DNA of 64,000 nucleotides from Psilocybe cubensis. Lineage: Eukaryota. The translations under genes were made by a program, and so were the position numbers. The notes beneath the pieces are model-generated. The model saw nothing but the letters and a program-made list of their open reading frames with translations. It was not told where the DNA came from and searched no databases. Where the stretch lies: assembly GCA_017499595.2 (NCBI GenBank), contig CM039003.1, positions 1,736,001 through 1,800,000 of the forward strand, written 5' to 3'. Shown piece by piece: positions 26,223 through 42,030 of the stretch; position 1 is the first letter of the stretch, and every line of letters starts with the position of its first letter.

Positions 26223-29200
26223 ATGCCACCAAAACGAAGGAATGGTGAAGATGCAGATGCGATAACAGGACGCGAAAAAAAGAAGCTCAAAATAAACGCA
26301 GCGCGTACGATTGCTGTCCAGCCGAGTTCTCAACGTGAAAGTAGTGCTGCCATAGGCCCTTCAAACTCAGCTACGAATCATTCAAATAGCTTAACGGGGC
26401 TGCCAACTGCCCTCGATGTTGAAAAATTTGTTGAGGTAGACCGATGTATTTAATTCAATGAGGCTTACTATTGACATTTCGACCGTCAATCAGGCGAGGG
26501 CATTTGAGATTGATGCCATGCATACTGCAATGAAGACTGCAAGGTGATCTTAGGAAACTAATCCCGTATTTTTGAACTCACAGTATTTGCAGTGCCAGTT
26601 CGACCCATCGAGTATGGCAAACCCTTCCTCGTCATCTACGTAGGAGGGCTGCAAGCCATGATGTTAGACGTGTTCCACTCAAGCTTAGAGATAGAGCTCG
26701 TGCAGAGGTACTATCCGACATAATGCTCCACCAATCAGTGTTATTCTAAGCATTATCATAAACTTTTGCGAGGTAGATGGACCCTGTTCGCAAGAAAGCT
26801 TTAGGACGATCTCTGCCTAAACTTGGGAAAGGCAAAGGAATGTCAAGAACCGAGGCATTTCTTAGGCGCCAACGTAAGCTTTGATTCCTTCAGCGCTCTC
26901 GTACTTGTGTCTCTAATCTTAATTAAAGGCGATAAAGCATGGCTTGAAACTCACATTTGGCATGCGAAACGCATGCACATGGAAAATATGTGGGGATATC
27001 GTCTCGTTCGTGACCAATACCCATCCAATCCTTTCTTTACATTGACTATTTCATACTAGGCCGTCACACCCACTGAAAAATCGTATAGACCCTCCCATCG
27101 AGCATCAGTCCATGGATCCATCCTCCATGATGCATCATATTACTCAACATACGAAATCAAAGGACCTGAGGAAGCCCTGATTGCATTGCTGGACCTTTGC
27201 TGTGATCCTCAAGGCCCCGGTCCAAGCTCAAAAAGGTATAGCAATTTACAAATGATAAATTTTCTCTTTTTCTTACATGCACTTAGATATCTCAATGGTT
27301 CTCGTATTTTGGAGACTTCCATGTATGCCGTTGGGCTATACCCATATGGCTTGATCGCTCCTGTTACAATTATTTGGAGACCTTATCTGCAGGCATCGTC
27401 AGCGATAAATACAACGGGCTCTTCAGGTAATGAAGGGGTTAAGGACGTCAGGGCGGCTGATATCCGTTCTGTTTGGCTACGTTTCCATCCATCGGTGCAA
27501 ACTGCTGTATTCAACACCCTGAAAGATGCCACTTCGCGTAGTTTAACCTTGTACAAAGCTCGACATTCGGAAGAAGCCTTGGTTGAAGTCATTGACATTA
27601 AACGACAGTTGAATATTTTCGAAATTATGGGCCCCAAATCTAGTCAAGTTATTAAAGGAGCCTTAACTCCCATTGTATCAGAAAAATCTCGGGAGTTTCT
27701 ACAAGTGAGTTAGTCTAATACGATTGAAATTTTAATTCAAACTCTATCGTAGTTCTGGAAATCGTTGGCAGAGCTGCAAAGTTCTGGCTCAGTTCCACGT
27801 GGTATGATCGTTGGGTTCAAAGTCAACGACCCTAGACTCAAGTAAATTTTATTTTATCTACAACTTGAGTTGATTTACACTCATTTTTTCACTAGTTTCC
27901 CTCCAAAAAATGCGAAGCCTGCAACCATACCATCTAAGGGGGTCCCATCCATTGAAATCACATTTCCGTCGGCCAATTTAGCCAATAGCGAAATTTGGGA
28001 AGAGTCTATGCGGAATAGTTTGTCTAAACCACGCTACAAGAAAAAAGATATCGACACAAGGCGGGCAAATGTATTTATTTTCGACATCTTATTTGCCTTT
28101 GATTCCTAACTAGCTGCTTGCATTGATAGAGTGATATTCCTGGATCGGCCCTCAAAGCCCTCCGGCAGGACGACTGCATCCCTATCCTCCTCATCCAACG
28201 TTCAGTGGAGACTCCCAATTCCTCTGGTAGCAAAGGATTACATGGATGGACCCTTATTCTGCCCGCCGGATGGTCAATGGCATTTTTTAGCTCACTGATC
28301 TACACAAGTACACGTGTGGCTGGACAACAGGAGCGCCAAACTCAGGCATACGAAGCCGGAACCACATATTTCCCTCGAGATTATCCCACCACCGAACCGT
28401 ATCAAGCGTACGCCCAGGATCGAGAATTTAAGGAAAAAGAAACATGGGATCGAAAACCTCCCGCCAAACGCGTCAATTTTGAGAAGCTTGGTACAGAAAA
28501 CCCTTGGATGAGTGATTGGGCGAAGGTTCTTGGGATACCAGGACGAGATGATAAAGATGAAGATTTTGTTGCAACTCAAAGGGAGCCTGAACCCTCTCAA
28601 GATAATGAAGCTCATATAGCCATCAAGCCTTGGTTATTGCGTGGTTCAGAAGTACCCAGTATTCTGTCAAAGTTGTCCTCCGTGTTCAACGTCGGTGCTG
28701 CTCTTCTATCTGAAATTAACCGCTTGCGACTTAAACGGAGCCATCAAGTTTTGGCGGAAGACATTACCGGCGCACAACTACTGCATGGTGCTCTCGTGAA
28801 TGTCGAGATTACAATGTGCTCTCGAGGATCTCCGCAAGATTTAGCTGAGATCTTCATAATTCCAGATGGCCTTTCGATACAATGGGAACGTTTTCTGCAG
28901 ACTCGAAACCGAAAGAGTGTGGATGATGAGGAGCATCCGGATGAACTGGAGGTTCTTTATATTTTCCAATATCTTGCTAATAGATTACTAATGGCGTACT
29001 AGCTGGCAAGCCACATTCCGCCAAAAAGCTCGATTGTGGGGCATGTTACCACAGGTCATTATTCCCTCGCAAGAGGTGAAGGGTTTGCTATCGGCGCTAT
29101 TGCTCTTGCACGTTTGATGGAGTTGGAACAGCAAGCCAGGCGGTAAGCACCTCTGTAGACGTGTTTTCCATCAGCACGATTAAACAACGCTTGATGATAG

Positions 29201-29309
29201 ATTGCATCCAAACCAAAGTGTGAAAAATCCACCCATATTTGTCCTTGTGCGTAACCTCGATGGGCACCAATGTCGTATTGCACGCCTTCAGGTGTTAATG
29301 GGTACTTGA
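26223..29309 (+). CDS. POP1: RNase P/MRP protein subunit Pop1
   Basis: LDVEKFVE|ARAFEI, WQTLPRHLRRRAASH, WLETHIWHAKRMHM, LHDASYY, GWTLILPAGW, FPRDYP, WDRKPPAKRVN. Confidence 0.93.
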
Positions 29310-29515
29310 TATTAGTAGTGTCTGAATAGAGTTTATATGTTAGTTTCTACAATAGCGATTGCACCCCATAAAGGTAAAGAGATTCCAGCCGTGAAGTGCA
29401 CCTACTTACGGACGGAGAACGAATAAATAACGACCAGAATAATGTTTACAAATGTGATATGTAGTACAGTGAGCACGGGGAATCAAAGGAAGAGTCCAAG
29501 AAAATGAGGAGTAGG

Positions 29516-31101
29516 TTATCGAATCTTCCACTTGTCCACAGTGGCCTGTATCAAACGACCCATTTCCGCCTTGGCTTGTTTCTTTGCGCTATCAGAAATT
29601 CCCTCGAGAGCATCCAAGGATCCTGGGGAGGTCTGTAATGGATCGAACTCGAGCATGTGCCCATCCTTCGTAGGGATCGCGACCAGAGCCGAGAACGTTC
29701 TCGTAATCTTGGTCGCAGGACGTGGTGTCATTTCATTGTTGGTCGGCTGTGTAGGCGGGAAGCGGAACGAGGCCCCGAGAACAGGATGCGATTGCGGTTC
29801 CAGTTGCGTGGAATGCTCTCGAGACAACGAGTTCGGTCGTGAGGAGTTTGTCTGGCTGGATGAAGCAGTGTAGAAACTTGCTTGGGAATCCGTCCGTGAA
29901 TGTAGACCCGAGGGGAATGCCACAGATGGATCTCGCCGGATGATTATACTACTCTTCGACCGTTTTAGGGCTTGTCCTCCACCTCCTCCCTTGACGCCGG
30001 TTTTCTGCGCGGCGTCGGCATCTAGTAACTCATCCTCTTCGTCCATCTGCGCCATTTCAACGCCCTTAAACCACCCCAAACCAAACTCGTAAGGGTTGGC
30101 AAGTGGTGAGCCATTTATGCTGAGCATATTTTCATCCTTCCTAGGCAATCGCATCGTAGTGCTTTGATGACTCGCGGCATGTCGGTTATGTGATGGAAAT
30201 GCAGGTGCTTTGGGGGGCAAGGTGGGGTTGAAGCTGGAACTCGAAGGGACGCGGCTTTTTACGCCACCGATGTCAGGATTTGATGATGTTTGCTTTAGAG
30301 GCGAGGTGGGACGGGATGGTCGATTTGGATTGTGAATGGTAGTGGAGTTATTAAAGGGACCTCTAGGTTTTTGTGGACTCATTGAAGGAGGGCGTCCCAT
30401 AGTCCGCGACTGTCGATTCTTTTAAATGAATGGATCAGGAAAAAAATGGAACAGCATGATACGTACCAGGTTAGAGGCAGTTGTTTTCGAGTTGCTCAAA
30501 AGTCTCGAGCGTTGAGCTGTGCCAGGCCCTGTGGAAGACCCGGCCATTTTCTTTGGTGACGAGAAGTGTGTTCGGGCTACATACATTGTTCAGCATTTCG
30601 ATCGACCGCAGGAAGGTGCGTGCCTCACCATTCTTCAAGAACCTCTGTGAATCAGAATCTTTAGGCTGGCTCGAACCCGACCCTGATGCCTCTCCTTCTG
30701 TCTCCTGGCTTGCTACCCATTTTCTCTTGCGCATGCTTTTATCGATTTCCCCTAGCGTCGCATCGGCACCCGCAGCAGCTAGCCGTTCCTTCTGGAATCC
30801 ACGTAAGGCCAGTTGGATATTCCCCTCGTATTTCTGACCAAACTCCCTCATCGTCATGCTTCTAACCTGCTTGGGTATTCGTGAGACCTGGCCTTCTTGA
30901 TGGATCGTAAAGTTTTCTAGCCTGTCGGTGAGCCATGCCTCGAACTGTCGAGTGCGATGCGCGACTGCAAGAACGAACAAACAATAATGTCAGCAAAATG
31001 GATTGCGATTGAGGGTATCAAGGACCTTCGATGTCTAGATTGGCTATGAGCTGCCTCTTCTCTTCGCTGCTGTAGTGTCTTTTGGCCGTCGGTATGTCCA
31101 T
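29516..31101 (-). CDS. Borealin/Nbl1 N-terminal-domain protein (chromosomal passenger complex subunit candidate)
   Basis: N-terminus EEKRQLIANLDIE|VAHRTRQFEAW...RIPKQVRSMTMREF, followed by a disordered Ser/Pro region with LSINGSPL. Confidence 0.75.
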
Positions 31102-31167
31102 GGCTTCAGAGTCTTGATAACGTTCCTGGTAAACAAACCCCAAGGCGCGCCGCAAGGAGGACAATCT

Positions 31168-31185
31168 CACGTGCCAGGTCACGTG
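31168..31185. promoter_or_regulatory. Tandem CACGTG E-boxes in the Borealin-like/ERG26 divergent promoter
   Basis: TCACGTGCCAGGTCACGTG in the ~230-bp intergenic gap. Function is inferred. Confidence 0.45.
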
Positions 31186-31332
31186 CATCGCGTTATGGGG
31201 TAAAATAGTCTTTCTTTCATGTCGTTCGATCTCGTTTGTCGGTAAAAAGCCAGCGGACGCCGGTCAAACTTTCAAATCATCTTTCTCTCTTTCACCAACC
31301 AACCATTTAATTCTTTTATCATTTCTTTATTA

Positions 31333-32869
31333 ATGTCGCAAACTAAAACCCGCGATGTCTACATGGTAATTGGTGGAAATGGATTTCTTGGCCGGCATAT
31401 TGTGCAGCAGCTCCTAGACCGCGGCGACATCGTCTCGGTCTTCGATATTGTCGAACGGTATAATGACGTTGCCTTTTATGCTGGAGATATTAGCAATCAG
31501 GAGTCCGTGGCTTCTGCCCTGCGCAGTGTATGTGCTGCTAGCTTTGTTGCCAAACGTCCATCTAATTAAATTATAGAGCGGAACCACCTGCATTATACAC
31601 ACAGCTTCACCACATGCAACGCTGAACAACCCTGCCCTCTTCCACAAAGTCAATGTAGAAGGAACCAAAGCCGTGATTGCTGCCGCCGTGGAAACTAAAG
31701 TACGCAAACTCGTATTCACGAGTTCAGCAGGAGTGGTCTTCAATGGCGAAGATATTATGGACGCGGACGAACGATTGCCTTTCCCCGATGTCCCTATGGA
31801 CGCTTACAACGACACAAAAGCGCAAGCAGAGCGCGCCGTGCTAGAAGCTAATGGTAAAGGTGGTTTATTGACTGTGGCGTTGAGACCTGCTGGCATTTTT
31901 GGGTCAGTCATTCCAATCCTCTTTTCTGAATGGAATGCTTACGTACGTCTCCAAAAATTACAGCCCCGGAGACAGGCAGGTTATGAGTGGACTGTACCAA
32001 GTATACGAACGAGGGCAAACTCATTTCCAGATCGGTGACAATACGAATCTATTCGATTGGACGTATGTTGGAAATGTAGCCTACGCTCACCTCCTAGCCG
32101 CCGACAAACTCGAAACCCCTCCTCCTGCACCCCCTGTCTCTCAACTCGAAAAGCCTCCTGCAATTGCAGACGAAGTACCCCCCCTGAACGACGCTGAGAT
32201 TGCCATCTTGGACTACCCTATTCTTCCCGTTTCCCTCAGCACAGGGCAACACCGAGTACCCACATGTGAAGCGAGACCGCTAGGGCCGTATGTCACGCCC
32301 CCGCCAAATGCCGCCAAAATTGCTGCCGCTTTCGAAGACCCCAACTTTGCGGCAACGCCACGCCCCGTCATTAGGACTCGTTTTGACCAACTTTCCGACC
32401 ACGCTCTCAAACGTGCAAAAGTCAACTACCCCGACATTCACCCCTTACAAGTTGCTGGACAAGTGTTCTTCATCACTAATGGCGAGCCTACATATTTCTG
32501 GGACTTCCCTCGGCTAATCTGGAACGAACTTGACAAGTATTTCCCGGAGAAGAGGAAACCGCGGGGGTTGATCAAGCTGCCCAAATCCGTGGGTATAGCT
32601 GCTGCAACAGGGTCGGAATGGTATGGCTGGCTGACCGGGAAGGACGTCACTTTCACCAAGTTCAAGGTGACGTTCAGCTGTGCAATGAGGTGGCACAATA
32701 TCGAAAAGGCTAGGAGAATCTTGGGCTATGAACCACAGGTAGGAGTCCAAGAAGGAGCCAAACGCATGGTTGAGGTGAGTTTCTGTTCGCTGTGGACTAG
32801 ATTCATGCACTCATATACCCTTAGTGGTGGTATGCAGACTACCTCGCCAACCAGAAAAAGTCGAGTTAA
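31333..32869 (+). CDS. ERG26: C-3 sterol dehydrogenase / C-4 decarboxylase (Erg26/NSDHL family)
   Basis: GGNGFLG Rossmann motif, HTASP, VFTSSAGV, YNDTK (YxxxK), LRPAGIFG|PGD, FDWTYVGNVAYAHLLAA, FFITNGEP. Confidence 0.92.
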
Positions 32870-33074
32870 TGGACACATATTGATTTTAATGAGTAGTAGC
32901 TATACATATATATTCTCCACATACACTATCTACTTGCAACGACCGATACCCAGTGTACCATATTTTTATGCATTTATTTTTTCCTTGGATCCTGAAATTG
33001 GTACAACAATTGCCTTTTCGAGAAGAAAATAAACAAAGCCAAAAGATGTGTCTCAATCTTATCTTTAATCCTTC

Positions 33075-34402
33075 ATGATGTCAGACCTCTTTCCAGCGAG
33101 CACACCTTCCTACGTGCTTGCCTTTCAATTTTCATCATGGTACCCCACATTTGCAAAGCACTCTATCAAAAGCACCATTGTCCGCCCGCTGTCCGCTGAT
33201 TTCCAAGAGTACTTGCATGCAGATGGGGTGTTCGTACCGGAAGGCTCTGACAACGTGTTGGTCCCATCATGCTTGGTGTTCGGTTCTACAGCTGACGTCG
33301 AGGTGTATGCGCAGACCGGCAGAGAGCACGCTCTCAGATGAGGAGGACGCGGTAGAAGATGACTCTGAAGACGAGGACGCGCAGCCTCGGAGACACTACA
33401 CTTTCCCAGACCTTGACCAGCGCATCCGAGAGTGTATAAAAGAATACGAGGCGGTCTTCCCCAAGCTCAATTTTTCCTCGCCAAAGGTGCTGTCAAGTGT
33501 CTATTCAGACGCATAACTATGTTCTAATTACATTGTCTGCTTTTGTCAACGCAGGACGCGTCGTGGCTACTCCCATCTTCCTCTCCCTTGAAATGCATGT
33601 CACCTGCGGACGTCTACCTCCTGCTCAAATCATCCGATTTTATCAATCACGACTTGAGCACCGAGAGCGTGTTTGAAGGGACGAAATATGACCCTTCCTC
33701 ATCAATATCGCCAACATACGAACTCGAACTCGTCCTGCGTAAATGGTACCCCGTCGATCGAGGACGCGAGCTGAGATGTTTCGTGAGAGGGGACAAACTC
33801 ATCGGTGCGTATGCGTCGTCTCTCTTTTGCCCTTGTTATCTTTTCCTGCGTATTTTTAGCGCAAACTCGATCTCTGATACCCATACCCCCAATGTACAGG
33901 CATATCGCAGCGCGACGTCAATTTTTACGAATTCTGGAACGACACCGACACCCAAGCCAAAGTCGCATCCGCCGTGAGTGAATTTTGGGAGACCAACATC
34001 CGTCCTCATTGGTCGGCCCAACCAGATTGTTAGTCTAACATGCTTTTGAATTAAGATCTTACTGACCATTCATTTTGTTATCTAGATGTCTTCGATTTTC
34101 TCCTCACGCGCGATCTAACGCGGGGGCACATCATAGACTTCAACCCCTACATGCCCAAAACTGACCCTCTCTTGTTCACATACGAAGAACTTACCGATAT
34201 CTTCGCCTTATCGTCATCCACGAAGAAAGACATACCAGTCCTCAGAGTCATTGACTCGGCCTCACATCCGGCAGCGGCGAGCAATGCCCCCGCCAATCAG
34301 CACAATATGCTTCCAGTTGAAGCCATCAACATGAGTAGCGGAAGAGACATAGAAGAATTTGCAGACCTGTGGAAACAATCCGTCAAAGAGAGTAGCAGCT
34401 AA
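33075..34402 (+). CDS. CDC123: Cdc123/D123 eIF2 assembly factor
   Basis: QFSSWYPTF, VFPKLNFSSPKDASW, YLLLKSSDFINHDL, LVLRKW, ELRCFVR, IIDFNPY. Confidence 0.93.
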
Positions 34403-34602
34403 CGTACATATCTGCAGTGCAACTCAGCATATTCACACACACAAAGGGTAATTAGTTTCTCCATGATTAGTTTTGCATGATGTTAATTAATGATAGTCTA
34501 CTACATGATCCATGCAGCACCCGTCGGGACCAGAAATCCATCTATATATGTCTTCGCTTGGAGGGTAACGTACATCCAAAAAAGCCAATCTATAATAAAA
34601 GC

Positions 34603-36312
34603 CTAGTTCTCCTTGTCGACCTCGACACCAGAATCGCTGGCAGTGCTTTCGGGCATGGCAGGCTTCATCTGGGCCAAGCCGTATGCATTTTTGAAGAAGA
34701 CGACATCACCCTCATCTTCGACGAACTTGCACTCCTTGAAGACGCGGTGGACTTCAGCCCAGCCACCAGGGGCACCGTCTGTGGGGATTCCGGCAGAAGC
34801 AAGTCTCTTCTTTAAGGCAGTGGATGCCTCCCAACTAGAAGTAGTGGTCAGATAATTAAAAGTCAGATTAACGCAATAAACACTCACGCGTTGTAATGGG
34901 GAATCTTGCTGCAGACGTGGTGGAGAACGTGAGTCTCAGATATACCGTTGGTAGCATGGGAGCCAATCCAAGCCATGACGCTTCCAAGGTCACCAAGGAG
35001 GTTACGGTCGAGAGTGGCAAGGGCACCACGGGCGAATGTGAACTCAGGAGCGCGGTAGTGGGGAAGGAGAGGATCGGTGTGTTGCAAGAACGTGATCAGC
35101 ACAAGCCAGTGGTTAACCCTAAATATGGAAATCAATTGACTTAATTAGACTTCGGAAGTATTAAATTTTATTTACCAGAGATAGGGGACGAGGTAAGTGC
35201 GGAAAACCTCGAGGAAGCCCTTGTAGTAGATGCTAGCAGCAATGCAACCAAGCCAGATGAGAATGCCAATGGTGGACATGATAACTTGGTTATAGTGGTG
35301 GGGCATGAACATAGGCGAGTTGGGGTTAAAGTCTGAAAAAAGATAGATCAATAGAGTGACAGGTAATATGATGAAGTCAAACACACGGCTGGTTCCCTTG
35401 GGGTATTTGGGCTGGCCTGAGGCGTTCATGAGAATGTATGTCCACCATCCACCGAGCTGGAAGATGCATCAATGATTAAGTTCTTTGTGTGGTCAGAACA
35501 GACATTTACCAAGTAGGAAGCAGGGGTCAAGATAGCACCGATGGGGGAATCACCAAGAGCCTCCCACATCTCTTTCTTAACCTCTTCTGTGACACGAGAA
35601 CCGAGGAGGTCTTCCCTGGCAGGGTCGAGAGGAGGTAAACCAAGGCCAGAACGAGTGGTAGGGACGAAGACCTGATCCTGAGTCATATGTCCGGTCGAAG
35701 CGTGATGCTTAGCGTGGGACACGCGCCACGAGTGGTAGGGAACACCGAGGCTAGAAAAATGAGTTGGTATTTGCTACGTTCGATGAAAGGCTAATATATG
35801 AAGTGAGACGTACGCAGAGTGAAGGAACCATCCGACAGTGTTGTTGACGGTCTTTGATTCAGAGAATGCCTGGTGACCGCACTCGTGGCCAATGACCCAG
35901 AGACCGGTGGCGAAGAGGCCAGCCCAGAAACCATAAAGTGCCCACAGAGAGACACTGAGGGCGGTGTAGAGGTATGGGTGGGGCAGGGAGATGACAGCAG
36001 GGTCAACGAAGGTGTTGGCGTACACGGTGGCCTTGTACAAACACACAATGACGAACAAGTCCCATGCACTAATAACGATATGAGCGCTTTTCGGAGCTGA
36101 ACACGAGAAAGCGTACTTACATGTAGAGACCAGACCTGAAGGCGGACCTCTTGAAGCAGTGAGCGCTGGAAGGCTGTCAGTAGGTATCGCGAACTGCAGA
36201 GGAGGGGTACCCACGGAATAGCGTCCAACAAGTCCTTGATTGGGATATCAGGGACTGGGTATACGCCCTGGTCAACGACGGTGACCTTTTCGTCGTCGTC
36301 CTTACGAGCCAT
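34603..36312 (-). CDS. Delta-12 (FAD2-type) fatty acid desaturase
   Basis: Three His boxes HECGH, SHAKHH and HVLHH, plus VNHWLVLITFLQHTDP and KIPHYNAWEA. Confidence 0.93.
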
Positions 36313-36842
36313 GATTATTGTTGTTGGAGGAAGGGGAGGAGGGTGCTAGCTGTGAAAGCGGTTAGTTAAATTTATGGGGGGCCCTATGATCGGTAATTGC
36401 CGGCATTTTTTTCGATGGGGCAGCTGTAAGCATGAGATTTCTAGGAACCCCAGCATCTCAAGTTGCTGTCTTTTATCATTCCCTGACTGCTCCGAGTTGC
36501 GCTGTCTGCTGTCTCGACTTCCCCATTCTCGCTGGTAGCTATCTATTTTTCTCATATTATCGCGACGAGGGCCTGCTTTCCAGCATCTTCTAATTTTAGG
36601 TCAGTCGAGATCCTTTTAATGGCCTCATTTTCACTGGTTCGGCTTTCTCGAAGCCCAGGCCTGTCTAGTGTGATCCGCCAAATAAATCTATGCCAATACC
36701 TCCGATAATTACACTGCTCTTTATTACTAGGATACATCGAATCTTCAACAGATATCTTGGTACTATTTACATTTTTTTACATTCTAGTATGACCTGTGTG
36801 TAGATCTAGTCCATAAATATAATCAAGAGGAACAACCAGAGA

Positions 36843-38928
36843 TCATTGAAGCGCTTTCAATCGCTCCGACAAACCTTCAAGAAATGCGAATCCGTCCTTA
36901 AAAAATACGCGTCAATTTATGTGCAGGCAGTGAGGCTAGTAGTCCCACCTTGGTTACTGTCCGGCCAGTGCTCTTGTTCGTAACTTTGGCAAAATCAGCA
37001 ACGAGAGCGGCCAGCGCTTTGTTGCTTTGAACCAACATCACTTCCCGCCTTAGTCGCGCAACAACTCCCAATTTAACATGGGCTGGCTCCTTCTCGGGCA
37101 CCTGCTCATTGAACGACTGGTGTCTAAACGCCTAATGTATAAACGGCGCCCTGACCATAAATACATAGGCACGTACCTTTGCGGCGTCACAAATACTGAA
37201 GGATCGTCCAGCTGTTTATACAACACATCCAAAAATGTAAATGCCTCCCTTGTCAATGTCCTCGAGCTATTCATCTGCAGTACATCCACAAACTCCTTCA
37301 CCAGCTTCGACAGCGCTGCATTGTCGGTCGCATTCAACCCCCGCCTTGCTAGTTGGTTGAGTCGAAGCGCCTTGGGCGCCTGGTAGCGTATAGGCGCAGG
37401 CCCGCTTTCCGAATCACTGCTGATCACAATCGTATCTTTTGACTGCGTCCTTTGTTTCTCTAACTCTGTTGTCGAGTCAAATTGAGCATCCTCTTTCGCT
37501 CTTCGAAGGGCCTCCTGGATGTTCGTCCGGTCACCTAATATGGGCTGTGCCCCCAGATTGAGATTTGTAAGGTTGTTGAGGATGTCGGCCATCTCATCCC
37601 GAGGAATCGCAGGTGTCCTCATCCTAAGGGGCGTGTTGATCGTCTTCGCAGAGGCCTAGCAAACTTTAAAAACATTGAACACTTAAAATATTATTCTGGA
37701 AACTTACAGCGGGCATGGGCGGCGGTGGCCATATAAAGTCTTCCGGGTTCTTGAAACCTTCATCAATCGCTAGTTCTCTAAACTTGTTCGCCCATAGATC
37801 ATAGTCCGGTGTTTCTTTGAAGGCCAGTCTCCGTGTGTACGATAAAAATTCTTCGAATTCTGAAGGAAGGCCTCTGCAAAGATGTTCGGGCGTGGCCTTT
37901 CGCTTCTCAGCTTTGAGGCGATTATGTGCATCAGTTGTCTTTGGTACGCCATTCCTTGTCCAGCTGAGCCCTCGTGGTGTCAAAAGGTGGATGAACATCA
38001 ACGCAGCAGCTTCCAAGTCATCTCTCCGTGAAGGCACTAGTAATCACATCAGTCACACTATGTGTAATATATTCAAATTTTTTCAAGATCACCTTTCCCG
38101 CGACAATGCACGTTGACAGAGCTACCAAAGTATTGAGTCCTGAAAAATTAGGCATTGGTGGATGGGATGATGAATACCTGAACCAATAGTTGCCAATAAA
38201 ATCGCGCTTAATCTTACTATCAGGGATATGTCGTCCTGTGTATGGGTCAATAAAGCGCTTGGAGAATCCGAAATCGATCATGTAAATGATCTTGTCGTTC
38301 GGCGGGAGACCAATGACACAGTTGCCCAGCTGGATATCTCGGTGCAAGACTCCGCGATGGTGCATAAATTGCAGTCGTTTAATCTGATCGGATCCAGTAT
38401 TAGGTGGCAGTATGCTCCAATACGAGGAAGAAACTTACCAGCTGGATGGCAATTGAGCAGACAGTGCGCAGATCCATAGTATCTCTACCGCTTTTGCGAT
38501 AGAGGCTATCGAGACTGGGTCCCAAAAGATCAATAGCCAGATAGTCCCATGCGCCTTGCACACCGGCTGCATAGAGTTTAGGCATGCCCACACCACCCTG
38601 AAGTAACGGGTATAGATGGCGTTCATAACGATTGGTCGGACATTCATGGTTTACGTATTGCACTTTTAGAGCGACAACCTGATGTGTGTGCAGATGAGTG
38701 GCCTTAAAAATGGATCCTGTGTATGATCAGACGGTCAGTCCGGTAAAGCTTGGAGGCACTATATTGCGTACCTGAGTACCCTGATCCCAAATTTTCATTT
38801 AGCCACCAATTAGCAACAATTTTGGGAATCGGTGGAGGCGGGGCGTCTATGCTCCCTTCTGATCCAGTCTCAGAGCCTTCTGAAGAGTAGTCCTCCGAGT
38901 TGGAAGCATTAGATTCGACCACTGGCAT
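36843..38928 (-). CDS. Casein kinase 1-like Ser/Thr kinase with atypical catalytic loop and long C-terminal extension
   Basis: LGSGYSG, VALK, IDLLGPSLDSL, HRDIQLGN, MIDFGFSK, SRRDDLEA, LCRGLPSEFEEFL, LAFKETPDY; ends ...FLEGLSERLKALQ*. Confidence 0.85.
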
Positions 38929-39410
38929 GGTTGATATTTGTGGATCGTGATGCTAGATGATAACCGAGAAAACGCGTTGAATTGGAAGAAGATCGAACGT
39001 GTGCAAGGTGGGTCAGCAGCACGGTGAAGAGCGGAGAGATGTTGGCGGAGAGAACGGGCAAAAAGGGTGAACCACTCGGTGCGGCGATGGCATGGTTGGA
39101 CTGCCTAGTGCGAAGAGGCGAAAACGCGTCTGTCACGTGGTCTTCGGCGCGCAGTGGCGCTGCACGTGCCGGAGTTATATTTATCATTTTTGGTTGGTGG
39201 ATCTGGAGCAGGCTGCAGCGGAGCTAATAATATTATCGGTGACTCTCTGATATGGAACACTTTCTTCGTCATCGATCGAGGTCCAACCGAGACTCGCCCA
39301 TGAAAGACGTCTCTTGAAACATATGGTAGGAAAGCCTCCTTGCAATTCCACTATATAATCTCAAACTTATCTACCCTTCTCCCTCATACTCCTTCCACAT
39401 CCTCCACAAC

Positions 39411-41801
<2,391 letters not shown>

Positions 41802-42030
41802 TCTATGACTCGAATTTCTCTTTTCTTCATTACACTTTTAAATGTTGACTTCAGGACAATCGAGATTCAAAGTAACTTGTGTAGCATTATGTATCACTCG
41901 CGCAACTAGACTCACCTAGATACGATTATAAATAGTCATGTAAAATAAATGTAAACCATTTTTGCACCTTTCATGATGATTTTTTAACATTGATGAAGAG
42001 CAAAGCAAATGCTTTATGTATGAACGTAAA

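Noticed and set aside
8444..36312. Lipid genes ATG26, ERG26 and delta-12 desaturase as a cluster
   Set aside because: Spread over 28 kb and interleaved with unrelated housekeeping genes.
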